From NCBI GenBank assembly GCA_050575255.1, contig JBNZDD010013604.1, positions 910,641 through 974,640 of the forward strand: a stretch of DNA of 64,000 bases, written 5' to 3'. The position numbers and the translations under genes are program-made. Below are positions 50,823 through 63,790 of this stretch, in pieces. Source of the DNA: Harriotta raleighana. Lineage: Eukaryota. The first letter of the stretch is position 1; each line of letters opens with the position of its first letter. The notes beneath the pieces are model-generated. The model had not been told where the DNA came from. It did not search any database and worked only from the letters and a program-made list of their open reading frames with translations.

Positions 50823-51076
50823 TGAAGTCCTGTAGCTCAGTGGTTAGAGCACTCACCTCGCAAGCGAGAGTCCTGGGTTTGATTACTAGCCAGGCGAAAT
50901 GTTGGGCAAGTTTCCTTAATCCACAAGCCTAATAATATTCCCTCAAGAATAAAAAAAGATGCAGCATTTCACCCGTAAAAATACAGTCAATTCACCTTAT
51001 AGTATATTTTGTGAAGTGCTTTGAGTCTCTGGAAGATGCGAAAAGCACTATATTAAATGCAAGGATTATTATTATT
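50823..51076 (+). mobile_element. tRNA-SINE with internal deletion
   Basis: Head, ATCCACAAGCCTAATAAT and tail with (ATT)n; the core is partly missing. Confidence 0.92.
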
Positions 51077-51105
51077 TGTTTGTGACATTTTGAAAAATGC
51101 ACAAC

Positions 51106-51510
51106 AATATAATCCTTGCTTTTTGTATTGCGCTTTTCAAGTCTGGAAGACATCTCAACGTGCTTCACAGATTTTGTTGTAGATTGTAGTGACTGTACAT
51201 TTTGTAGGCAAATGTTGCAGCCAATTTGCACTAAGCCCTAAAATGAATGACCATTTTATAAATTGTTTTGAGGTGATTATTGGCCAGGACTTTGGAAGAA
51301 ACTCGCTCTTTTTTCGACTAATTCAGGAGACCTTTAACTTCTAACTGAACGGGCATATGGGACCTTGGTTTATTGTCTCATCTCAAGGATGGCACCTCTA
51401 ACAATACCACACACCTCCAGCACTGCAATAGAGTATCATCCTAGACTATATGAGTTCACGTCCTGATGTGGATCTTCTGACTCAGAGGCGAGTCTATCTA
51501 CTGAGCTACG
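51106..51510 (-). mobile_element. Deu-domain SINE, near full length
   Basis: Reverse complement: TAGCTCAGTAG..CTCGCCTCTGAGTCAGAAG head, GAGGTGCCATCCTTGAGATGAGACAATAAACCAAGGTCC Deu core, and an L2-type tail. Confidence 0.9.
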
Positions 51511-51715
51511 TTTGTAGCATTGATTTTCCTGATTATCTTTTGAGTGTTTATTGTTGAGAAATGTACAGCAAACATTTTAAGTTAAACCGCTTTTATTATG
51601 TGAATTGAATACAAAGACAATATTATTACTGTATATTAACCATTGTCATTTCCATAACATCCTCAAGTCGCAATCAAAATAAGTTATAAAATCATGTTTT
51701 CAAGAAATAGTAGTA

Positions 51716-52150
51716 AGAACATAGGTAACATAAGAGTAAGTAATTCAACCTGTGACGTTCTTCACCTTAAAGTCTAAGACAACGCTTTAAATCAATTTTC
51801 CGGCTTTCTCATATTCCTTATATCTTTTATGTATCAGGTATCTATTGATATCTCTCATGCACTTTGTGTCTATGGCCTTCGCAAAGACTCTCAATACTCT
51901 TTGTGTAACTATTTTTGTTTGTATACCCTTACACTGCTTACCTCTACTTTTATAGTTATAGAGTGTCCTAGATTCCTCCAACTCGAGAGACATGTCATAA
52001 CCTATTTACTTTGGCTGTAGTCTTCATTATTTGGAACATCTCAATTAGATTCTCTCAACAATGCTGAACAATGAAATATACACCATGTTACATTTTTCTC
52101 AAGCCTTTCATCATAGTTTCTAATAGAAGAATTTTATTTCATCTGAGCTT
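51716..52150 (-). mobile_element. CR1 3' end, decayed
   Basis: AAGAACATAGGTAACATAAGA terminal repeat (antisense); ORF 51787-51993 (TQRVLRVF..AIDT) is CR1-like. Confidence 0.6.
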
Positions 52151-52196
52151 TTTTGTAGTTCAGGATTGTTCCTTTGATGTTGATTCAACAAAAATG

Positions 52197-52335
52197 ATAA
52201 TAATCATCCTTGCATTTGATTCAGACCTTTCATGTCAGGAGGACATCTTAAAGTTCATTCCAGAATTCACTATAAATTGTATGGACTTTGTGTTACAGGT
52301 GAGTGCAACAACTAACCTGCACACAGCGACAACAT
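52197..52335 (-). mobile_element. SINE 3' fragment
   Basis: ATAATAATCATCCTTGCATTTGAT..CTTTTCATGTC..GACATC. Confidence 0.65.
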
Positions 52336-53819
52336 ATCCCCAAAATACCATCTAAATATGTTTATTTATTAAAATAACATCCAGTTGGATTTAAAAGTAA
52401 ATCATTTAGTTTACTTGTGTACACTTGGCATGTTCCAGACCTGGTGATGGTCTTTATTATTTGCAATTTGCCTATGTTGTTCATAAGTTGATTGATTTGA
52501 AGCTGCCTATACGATAATTTGCAGAACCAATTCACTACAGTTCTGAGTAGGCTGGAGAATCATTGATTGCATTACTCTACAGAAAAAAAAGCATAGAGCT
52601 TTAAATTCGATATAAATTATAAATAACTGGAGAGAAATATGTAAGTTTCAGACTGAACATTCTTCTAATACAAGCAAAGGAAAAAGATGTTAGTGCAGGG
52701 CTTATTAAGGGTTTATTATAGGTTTATGAAGTTGACTGAAGGCGGTGACTACCAGTGTCCATAAAATCCTAAATGATTCGGCTGATTCACCATCTTTTTC
52801 TTTTTTTAGTTGTGTCCATTAATACAGGCTAGTAGCAGGTCAATCTAATAAGCAGAGGGTCAACACATGCACTATCAGTGTTTAGACATTTGAAGAACAA
52901 TAAAGGCATACGAAAATGTAACCCTGTGGGTGGATGACTTGAAACAGGAGGAAAACATAGCAAGTAATGGTTTATTTCTGTATCTACTGAACCCTATGAT
53001 CAGACTGAAAAAAAAATGCTTAGCCTAGAGTTGCCTTTCAAAAAAGGAATACAATAAAAGGGCTTCCATATGTTGTTTTAGTACAGTTTTAGAAGCGAAA
53101 ATGGATCTGTTTTTGCGTTATAATAAAGACGATGTTTTTCCTGATTATAAGTAGCCTGTATTTAACAAATGCCCTTTTTTGATATAAGAAAATTTCTGTC
53201 CTTTAAATTAGGAGAAATGAAATCAATATATTATTTTACGATATTGGAGACTACATTTCTAAACAATTATAACCATTAAATAGTGAACTGTTTGTCACCT
53301 TAATATCCCTAATTATAGGTGGTGAGAGAAAATATTATTCGGGTGGAGGCTGAGCAAAACTCAGTTGAAGGGTCTGACCCCTTAAACCGCTGGCTTGACT
53401 GACAGAACAATCGGCTAATCAAATGCCCTATCTATCCGGACCCATCTCCCGCCTATGTCCACAGTCAAGCTTTCACAAATTATGTACTGTTTATCGTCAT
53501 ATCTGATAACTTCTGTTAAATTTATCAGGTGACATTATTAAACAACATTAGAAAATAATAAAATCCTATTACATTGTAGAGGGTTTTGGACAGATGGCAA
53601 TGCTTTCAGGTTTCAGTGATTAACCTTTCAACAGCTTCAGTATCTATTTTCTATCATAAAGACTAACAAGATTACATCATGCAAATGTATTGAGTGAATA
53701 CAGGGTATAAAGAGATGTTCTGTGACATGTAAACATGTCTACTATAATACTGTAAATAACCAGCATGAGAAATTCATGATCATATTATAGTAAGTTCCCT
53801 CTGTTCAGTGCAGGATAAT

Positions 53820-54158
53820 TGGAGTCATGTAGTGTAGTGGTTAGAGCACTTGCCTCGGAAGAGAGAGGAACCTGGTTCGATTTCCAGTCAGGTCACAGTG
53901 AAACCTTAGGCAAGTTTCCTTACTCCACAGACACACGCCTCTGCTTACCTAGCAGTAAGTAGGAAGCTATTTGTTAGTCGATTGGCACATCGTTTTCCAG
54001 GGGTAATAATACCTTTTTTTAAAATTGTTCACTCAATCCACAACTGCCACGTTACATTCCCAAAATATACAGTCAATTCACTTTACCGTATATCTGTGAG
54101 GCACTTTGAGACATCTCAAACATGATAAAGCGTTATATCAAATGCAGGTATTATTATT
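53820..54158 (+). mobile_element. tRNA-SINE, long subfamily, near full length
   Basis: Head, extra segment CACGCCTCTGCTTACCTAGCAGTAAGTAGGAAGC..GTTAGTCGATTGG..TTTTCCAGG, and tail. Confidence 0.92.
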
Positions 54159-54774
54159 CAATTGAATAATTCACTTTAGAAGTTGTAAAGAATGAATAGA
54201 ATCAAAGACAAATGGTTATAACTGTTATGATATTGTAACATATATCAGCACTATTTTCTGTAAGAAATTATACAAAGTATAAAGTATAATTTGGATTTGT
54301 AATGTACAGATTTTATTTCAGTGTGTTTTATAAAAGGAACAAAGGAAACAAAATCCTTCATACTTATTTCAAACTGTGTTAAATGACAGTTATAAAGAAT
54401 AATAGTAATTGAGAATTATTTTAATATTGAATTGAAATAGAATCATGATCTACAAGAAAAGCATGAGCATTTTTGAATTCAGAATTAGATTATTAGTTTC
54501 AAAATCACTCCCAGATGTTTTAAATTTGATATGTTAATTCTATAGGATTTTTCAGCTTTTTGTCCAATTTTACATTGACTTTTATGAATGTGGCTGACTG
54601 GTTCTGCATTGTTCTTTCTGAAAGATTAAGAAGAATAGAGGAATCTTCAGGATTGGCAAGGTCCATTGTTGCAATCCATGTGGCTGTACCCTTCAATTTA
54701 TTTGCCAAATTGCTATCTTATTTCTCTTAAAATGATAGTTTAAAGATAGTGATATACTTTCCACAAACTTATCG

Positions 54775-55030
54775 AGCAAACCATAATCTAGATTTTATAA
54801 ATAGGGCTATAGAATAAAACACCAAAGAGGTGATGTAGAAATTGTTAGGCAGACTGCATTTTGCTCATTTTGGAATTATCAAATTTTAAGGAGGATATCA
54901 GGGCATTGAAGAAAGAGGAGAATTACTCAGGCGATGCCAGGGATGAGTGGTTTGACCTAGGAATTGCATCTATTTTCACAGAGAAGATGAGGGAGTTCTG
55001 ATAGAGGTCTTTAAAATTATGAAGGGGGCT
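54775..55030 (+). mobile_element. CR1 RT C-terminal fragment
   Basis: LDFINRAIE..KEVM; EDIRALK; MPGMSGL; LIEVFKIMKG. Confidence 0.8.
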
Positions 55031-58000
55031 TTCAATTTTTCACTTTGTAGGGTTGATAATGTGCCTGATTTGTTTCACAGAACAAATTATTGGCTAAACC
55101 TAGATTTGTGCACTAATCCTACAAACTGAGCTTCATAACACTGTCTTGTCATTTGTCCAGCAGGCAATGTAGAGATTGTATGTAATAAGCAAATGTATTT
55201 TCTGCCACAAATCTTCAAGTTTACTGCTGCAAGCAACTTTAAATCGTGTTTCATTGCTTTCAACAGGAAAGCAATTTGGAGCAGAAAATAGTATTTATAT
55301 TTTGCGCTCCAAAATTTCTCATTGGGACTGTGGAGAGCTTGCATGCTCAGAAAAGCCCATACAAAGCATTTCATGTGGTTTAGCTTTCTCATATTAATAA
55401 AAGATCCAGAGTGTTACTGGCTCTTTTAAATATTAAAGATATAACTTTTCAAGGGATATTTTAAACAGAAATTAAGTAAATTCACATGGACTGTACCTAC
55501 TACACTGAAGCAATATGAATTATCACCAAGAAAACAATTTGCATTGTGGAGTGCATATGAAGTAGCTTTAACATGTCTCCAGCGTAATTCACTTCCAGAA
55601 GGTGAACCGGAAACTTGATTTATACTACATTTTTAAACATCAATTTGGCCCCATTTTCACATCAAATGTGCAGTATAAATAGGGCATAGTGACGGTCGTG
55701 CTGCATTTTACCATGGCAGACCTTAAGTTTGGTGCTTAGTTCAGCATCTGTTCATGAGAACTGACCCAGATCACATGGCTATGGCCCAGTTTTGTTCTGT
55801 CTCATTTGATTATACCGTGTGTATTGTCACTAACCAAGCTAGGCATGTCAATCACCACTGCAGCTTACAGATAGTTGACCTTCAGCTTGTGGGTTGTATT
55901 ATATGCCAAACAGCTGAGTTGAGTGAGAAAGGTGTTTAAAGGACCTAGAAGAGTTCGTGTATGAATGGGGAGATTTACAAAATGATCGCAAAAACACTTA
56001 GCTTTGGTCCTAAGTAGCCGTTGTGCTGATATGAATCTAAATCTTAGCAGTTAGACGCCAGCATTTTATGACAACCAGTCATCCTTTAAAGAAGTGAGGC
56101 TGTTCAATTATTAAAATCAGTATTGTCACAGTTTGACAGTTCAGTGGTTGAAGACTGCAGTAGCATCATTTAAAAAAAAATGTTTTGAGCATCAACTACG
56201 CTGCTGAACACAACCAAGGCTGCCATTTTGTAAGCAGTGCTACAGAAGCCATCTTATTGAGATGCTGCTATTTCCTGTCACCAGCATCTTGAATATAAAC
56301 TTTACAGGGAGAAGTATCAGTGCACACATATCATCATTAGGTAAGATACTAATCTGTTGTCTGATGTTAACTACAGACTCCACATGTTAAGATGCAGTAT
56401 TATTTTCTAAAATAAGAGTGACTTTTAAGACCAGTGTTCATTTTGTTGTTATGCTGGTGCAGCTGCAAGTTTTAAATAAAAATCATCTTAATTTCTAAAC
56501 TGGCAGGAGTAGCCTCCAATATACAACTTAATGCACTGTCATTTTTTAAATCATCCTTATAAATGCACAACTTGTTTGCCAATAAATGTTCTGCTTGGAT
56601 CACAATCGTGTTTGGATCAGCATTTCTGTAAACTGCAGATAAAAATAGCTAGTTTTCTAATCTTTGTTCCACAGCCCATTAAATCATTCATTCAGTTATT
56701 CACCATAAGCAAAACAGAAAACAGTTTACAGAAACCTTTGTTTTCCACAAAAGTGGATTTTGAAGATCTTCTATACACTCAGTGTAATTGAAACTTGGCC
56801 ATGGATAGATTGGGATTTATGTGCAGAGCATCAAATAAAACCAGACAACTGGGTGACATTTTTTTGCTTGGATATGGATGCCATATTTCAGTTATTGCTG
56901 AATCAGGGATTCTGCACACTGTAAATGAGTGTAGTATAGTACTTGGCATTGTGTTTCATTGGAGTGCTGCTTGGATGAGAAATTTGTCTTTCTGTTTACG
57001 AATTTGATGGTATCAAAAATGATGCTGCTCACTTTTCGATTACCACGTGGTTGTAGCCCTACAGGACTGTGGGGTAGTTTACTCGCCTATCATTTTTCAG
57101 AATCTAGTACATTGGGATCTAGATTCTGCAAATTGGCTGGAAGATGACCCTTTGAGAAACCTGTCCATTGTCATAATGAAAAGTGAAATAGGAAATCACC
57201 AAAAGAATTATAAATGGTTAGTTATTAAATTTCAGAACAGTTAGAAAGGAGTATAAATTAAAATCTAAAAGGACAGAGAAAGAATAGAAAAACAAGACGT
57301 ATTAAATTGCGATTTTAAATTTATTTAATTTATATCCTGGTATTTAAGAAGCTTCGTCTTTTACAGTATGTCAGCTAAGAAATTGCAAACCAATTGGCCC
57401 ATGGAGCCAGATGTTTGTGTATACCTGCTGGTTATCTAAGAGTTAACTGGTAAAATGTCAGGAAACTGAGTTTCTCCATTTTAGAGATTCTGAACTGGCC
57501 TGGTGGAGTTTCTCTGTCTTTCAAAGAGATAGAGGCCCATCCAGCTCTCAAAACTGACACAACTAACATGTTTCAAATCAACTTCTAGGCAACATGTCAC
57601 TTGTCACACTTTGGAGTGTGATTGTCTGACTGCTAAAGTAACACTAATTGTTAATGCAAGTGAAAAGGTAGCGAAACAAAATGTAGATTTTAAGATTTTT
57701 GTTTATAAATTGATCACCGCCAAGGATGAATGGTTTGGATGGTTAACACCTAAGTATTCTGAATGTTTTTATAAATATTTTCAACAGGAGCTAAAAAAAG
57801 CAACAGTCTTTTAATATTAATACTGTGCCTCTTGCTTGCATCTCTGGTTTGTTTTCCCCGTTGAAAGCACGAATGATAAAATGAATTTGAGTTTGAGATA
57901 TCTTTTTCCATTAAATAATCTAGTATGAAAGTGCATGCAAACACTTAACTCTCTCCCTTTTTCTCGCTCCCTGCCAGGTACAGAACGGCATGAGCTCACT

Positions 58001-61000
58001 TCCTGGAAGAGTTTTAATTCTATTTTCAAGTATTTTACCCAAGCTTTAGAAGCACAGAACACTGAAGCAAAACCCAAGTCTACCGTGACTACGAGAAGCT
58101 CCATCCGAAAGAAAACTGAAGAGTTATGAAGAGTAAATGCCTTTTTACTGCTTTTTTGGCGCTGGCAGTCTCCAGTCTTTTATTAGATTGTTTTCTTGGA
58201 GCAAAGGGTCATGGTGTATACATCTAAATAGCGTTTTGCATTATTTCTAGATGAGTGCAACTGTCAAAGCAATATGGGTCTGCCGGTTGTGCTTCCTGTG
58301 GTCCCAAACTCAGATTTTGTGCCCACGATCGGTGCACAGATTAAGAGTGACAGCAGTTCTGCACAGTGCAGCACAGAGCGGCTCTAATTGCCCTGACACA
58401 GCCCTGTACTGAGCTAATGCCATGGGGCTATCGGCTTCCCCCATGCCCTAATGCCTGCCAATTTTTCTTCATTAAAGAGACAACATCTCTTTTGTTGGCC
58501 TGTGTAGACTAGATTTTAAAATAACCAGGAATCAAAGCCACTCAACATTTTCCCTTCACGTATCCAAGCCTTGTCATAATGTTCAAGGGACATCAAACGC
58601 ACGTACGTCGCTAAAGATGACAGTCGTATTGGAGATGCCAGCTGTCATTTCTGTGTCTGCTTAAAAAAATGCTTTGCACTATTGAAACTGCTTGTTTGTT
58701 TTTTCAAAGAAATCAACAGTACTTCTTAACGCTACAAGATGTTAAAAGATTTATTGAGCAGATATGAATTTTGATTCATTGTAAATTTTAACCTATGATT
58801 GGCCAATATGATCTGTATTCTGTCTCCTTTTTTTTAAAAAAAGCTTATCCTTAAATATCCACATCAGGAGTTGTATGCCTGTTGTATGATTTGGTTAATG
58901 CATAATAATTTGTGTCTTTATTGTTGCCTGTGAATGACTACCTACATGTTTAAACTCAAATTGAAAAGTTGACATATAAACAAAGGAGCTACAGTAGTGC
59001 AGACTGCATTGTTCCTCCAAGCACTCAAAATGAAACAATAAGTTGAATCACCAGTACATATTATCAACCTATTGTTGGTGAAACTTGTACAATAAACTGA
59101 ATTCTTAATTATTTACACACATGTGGCATCCAAGCAGAGTGCCACCATCACTTAAACGCTAAGCTTAACTGTTGCTGAGTACTTCATTTTACAAGTTGGA
59201 CTTTTAAATTCCTTCAGTGCAGAACTTAAACCATGTAGACTGTAGGTTTGCATCTTTTTGTTCTGAATAAAACAATTTTATTTCATTTTCTATTTGAAAT
59301 CATTTCAGAACAGCCGAACTGAACCAAAACAGGTTTTTAGAGTCCGAAATCTTGTAAGAATGATGAGCATACTTTGTAAATTGTTAAAAGTCCATCTGAA
59401 AGGAAACAAGAAGGTGTAGCTTCATTTCCAATTACATCCCTAAAAATATGTTCTAGAACTTGCTCCCTCTTAGAGTAAGTACTCGCTACCCTAGTTAATC
59501 ATTTGTAAATTGCCACTATCGGTAATGCTTTAGAACATAATCTAAAACAAGACAAAATGTTGATTTTGAGAATATTCCAATTTGTGCTGTGCAATGCATA
59601 GGCACAAGTCAGAAAAGCATTAAAATGTTAGATGAGAATTAAAATGCATGCCTTTGATTAAATACTTAGCAATAATAAGTTGGGAACTCAGAAGTGATGC
59701 AAAGTTGAGTGTGACATAATTACTTCAAGTGATTTGTTCAAGTTTCTAATGATTCTAAGGTGCTGGCTGGAGCGCTCCAGAAGGTTATGTGACTTAGGCA
59801 AAAGGACCCAGGAGAAACCTTCAGTACCCCCTTCAGCGCATGTGTGACTCACTCCCACAGAGGCAGGATAGAAGCTTTGGAGCTGGAGCTTTGATTGGAG
59901 TTTAAAGTCATTTGACATTTCCAGCACTTTCTGCCAAATGACACTGGTCTCTGCAGAACATACGGCCGATCCTTCTGTTCTTTGGGTGTGCAAAGAGTTT
60001 AAAGTGTGAAAACTGTAAAATGAACCCAGCTAACCCCAAACCTAGGCGTTTCATTGATGGTGAATTTATCCGTTAATCTCCAGAAGAATTAAAATATGTT
60101 CACTTGGAACACTTAAATAACAGATTATTTTAGACAAAAAATTGCAAATATGCCCGGTGAGATGCTTGTAAATTTAAATTACAGTAATTTTATTCATTAA
60201 GGTGGAAGGAGCGTGAAAGGAAATGGGCATCAATAAAATAGCCTTCTGTCACTTATTTTAATGCTTCCCTTTTAAGCATTGAACAGTGTTATAATTACAT
60301 TTAAACAATCTCTACATTGTGGATTCATTTTTATTGAACTCTAAATGTTGTAAATGTATTTGTAATCACAACAGTGACTAGCCAGATTTTGAAATATAGG
60401 ATTACAGAAGCTAGTTTTTAAAACTATCATAAAGGAAATAAATCTACTCAACATGGTATAGGCTGAGAATGAGTGACAGGACTATGTGAATAGAAGATTT
60501 CCATGCAATTGTGAACTGTGATGACAGAGGGAAAACTGCAGGAAAATGAATTTTCGTACCAAATACCTTGAAGCAGAGCTATGATTTTTATTTGTGATAG
60601 TTTTGAAATCCATTTTATGAAACTGAAGCATTGAAATGAAAAGCTGTGTTTTGCAGTGCCTAGGTGAATGAAGTCTGCCTTTTACCAGGATGTATTGATG
60701 ACCTCTGATTTTAAGGCATTTTTGCTTTTTATTGACAAAATGTTAAAAAGGCTGAATTGAAATAAAGTTGTTTTTCTTAGTCATTTTGTCGTCCAACTGT
60801 GTTTATTTATCAATCATTTTTGATCAGAAAACTGCATGACATGTTTACATGAAACATTGGCCAATTTGTGATAAATAAAATCTTAGGAAACTCAAAAGAG
60901 GAGAGAACAAACAGCATGTGAGCTTAACAGAATTACTGATTGATCGGATCAGATTCCAAATGAATAACTGGTTTTATCTTTTTACACCTTAGAAAATGGC

Positions 61001-62325
61001 TTTTAGCCAAAGATCTCTTGGAATCGGAATTTAATTAAACAAAGGCCACAATTTTAAAAAATTATTTTAAACTAGATTTTAAATTTTCCAATTTCCAAAC
61101 CTATTAAATCAGTTTTTAAGAAGAAGACTTTTATACAGTTAATAAACGTAGTGAATTTAGGTGTTGCAAGTCTATTTGAACTGTTCAGATTATTAAATTA
61201 CTTTCTCAGTTTGAAACAGACAAAGTTGCCTGTGTTCAAAAGGGAGCACAGATATAGGATAAGAATATCCAAAAAGAGTTCGATCCCACTTTGAACCTAT
61301 TCTTTCTCAAATATAATCTCAAATGAGTGATTGTTAAAGAGCTTGGAAGGTATGCTATATTTTTAAAAGGACAACGGTTGGATTCCTTGCTTAGAGCAGA
61401 TCCATTGCTTGGCTAACTCCAGACAGAGTGAAATTTAGTCCAGAGCATGAAAAACGGAAAAATGAGATCACCTGAACATTCAGATATCCGGACTGAAAAT
61501 GAAAACGGCTTGGCACTTTCAGACAGTGTTATCAGTTGGGATTATTGAAACGAAAGTTCATTTAACTCAATTATTTCTTAACCTCAGTGCTGGGATTGCT
61601 TTCAAACCCAGTAATCCCTCTTGGTTGTTTGGTGCAACTGGGAACAAAGCCTCTGAGTCCTTTCTTCCTTTTACCCTGGTAAGACATCTGGGAAAAGAGA
61701 AAAAAATACTGTTTGGGTTCAAAGTATAATTTACAGGAAAGGACACATTCCCTTAATTTGTATGGAATGTAAAATTTGCCTCCATTTGAAATTGAATCGA
61801 CATTCATTTTTACTTGCAGACGGTTTTGATAGTAGTTTTGTGTTAACAATTGAAAACTCATGTCTTTGAAGAAATAAAATGTGATCTGCAGTGCCGTCTC
61901 TTTAACGTAGTAATGAAAGCACTTCATCTAATGCAATACTATGAAAAGCTTCTTTTGCTTTTTAGAAATTCATTGATCAAGTTTTAATCAAAGATTAAAT
62001 CAAAGGTTCTGACTTGAAACATAGGGCAAAATTCAAAATGTGTTACTTTCTGCTAATTTGCAGTCAAGTAAAATGAAGCTTTATAGGCATTTAGTTTTGA
62101 TTTCTGAAATTGTGCATTACATACTCACTTTTCCTTCATCATTTCTCACCTGTCCAGATAGGTCTGGCAGAGCAAACCAGACTTCTCACGTTTCTGTGTT
62201 TAAACACCCTACAACATCTGGATTTAGGTTATGGCATAAATTGATAGACAAAATTTCAAAAGTTAACATTAAGAGGATAGTTATTGAATGAATCTCAAAT
62301 ATGAATGAATGACTCCACTCCAAAT

Positions 62326-62633
62326 GTGGAGTCCTGTAGCTCAATGGTTAGAAGCACACGCCTTACAAACAAGAGACATGGATTCAATTCCAGGCAAGGC
62401 GAAACCTTGGGCAAGTTTCCTTACTCCATACATCTAATAATAATCCATCAAAAAAAAGCAATAATAAATTGGTGATTTCAATCCATGACTGTTGGTGGTA
62501 CTCTGCTGTGCATAATTGGCTGCCGCATTTCAACCACATATATACAGTGAATTTATTTTACACTATATTCTGTAAAGCACTTTGAGACATCTATAGTGAA
62601 AAGCACTATATCAAATGCAATGATTATTATTAT
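62326..62633 (+). mobile_element. tRNA-SINE, full length
   Basis: Runs from GTGGAGTCCTGTAGCTCAATGGTTAG to AAATGCAATG(ATT)n. Confidence 0.95.
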
Positions 62634-62995
62634 GAAATACTGTACTTGGCAAACAGCTGGAAGATCGAACATCATTTTGGACAAACAAACATATGGTTTG
62701 AAAATTAATATGTGACATGACTGGATTTTTATCTCATCTAATTAAAAGGGGGGCAATTTATTGGGAGAAACTATAAGCATTGCCCAATTAGTTTAACTGT
62801 AATATGTAAATGAACCAGATTTATTGTCTTACCTTCCTTTTCATATGTCTTAATATGAAGTAAAGAATTTATTGCAAAAATGTTTTATCTGTCACCTACC
62901 TTCACTTGATTCACATACATTTCTATATCGGTATAACACATTTAAGTATGTAAACCTTTAGTCTATATCTGTATAACCTATAGACCTGTACAATT

Positions 62996-63038
62996 TGATA
63001 GCTGTCATAGCCCTATAGCAATGTGACAGCTGTCACAT
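62996..63038. promoter_or_regulatory. Tandem TGACAGCTGTCA-type palindromes (MEIS/PKNOX/TGIF dimer motif)
   Basis: Perfect 18 bp palindrome ATGTGACAGCTGTCACAT at 63021-63038 and near-copy TGATAGCTGTCA at 62996-63007. Function is unproven. Confidence 0.35.
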
Positions 63039-63419
63039 ACATATGTTGTAACCTGTACAGCTAGGGACGTATTTAAAATATGTATGACATAACACATGGA
63101 TTTATATTATATGTAGGAATATTTTATTTCTAAACAAAATTTTCCAGTAAATTATTATGAACATAATGGTTCAACCCTGTAACTATTCGAATAATGTTAT
63201 GTGTTGCTAACGTAGGGACATAGAAACAAGGTAAAGCTTATTGATCACAATGGTTGTGTAGGAACAACTCTCACTAAGAATTGACAATATGAACTGGAAA
63301 AAATAACAAAATTACAGATTATAAAGGAGGATTTTTCAAAAATCAAAACTAAATGCCTATAAAGCTTAAGGCATATGAAAAGGAAGGTAAGGCAATAAAT
63401 CTAGTTCATTTACATATTA

Positions 63420-63790
63420 CAGTTGAACCCAATAATAAACTATTTCTAAATGATATGAGAGACCCCTCTGTTTTCCTTCCATGGACTTCCATTGCATTGA
63501 ATATTATTAGCAGTTTAAAATAAAAACAAATCCAAGAGACATCAAAGACTATGCCACCAAAATAATTTTTCCCTAAAACTTGAATTACTTCGGAGTCACT
63601 AAGGCACAGAATTACTTATTTGAACTGAATAAGAAACGTAGTGACACAAAACTGATATCTATGATTTTCCAGGTGCAGGGAATAACCAAACATTTGGTAA
63701 CACCAGAACTGATACAAGCATAAATGATTAATATAAATAACAGTGAACTGCAGGTAGATTTTTCAGAGGGTGCGCATTAGGGTTCAGATG
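63420..63790. mobile_element. Possible decayed Tigger-like MITE
   Basis: Left end TA-CAGTTGAACCCAAT compared with the reverse complement of the right end, CATCTGAACCCTAAT. Confidence 0.3.

Noticed and set aside
53355-53400. Penelope-type hammerhead-like TGAAGGGTCTGACCC..AAAC
   Set aside because: The catalytic CTGANGA and GAAA cores are not intact; at most a dead remnant.
55670-55740. TATAAATAG followed by ACCATGG as a promoter and start codon
   Set aside because: The ORF is only 8 codons, and there is no CpG island or downstream exon structure.
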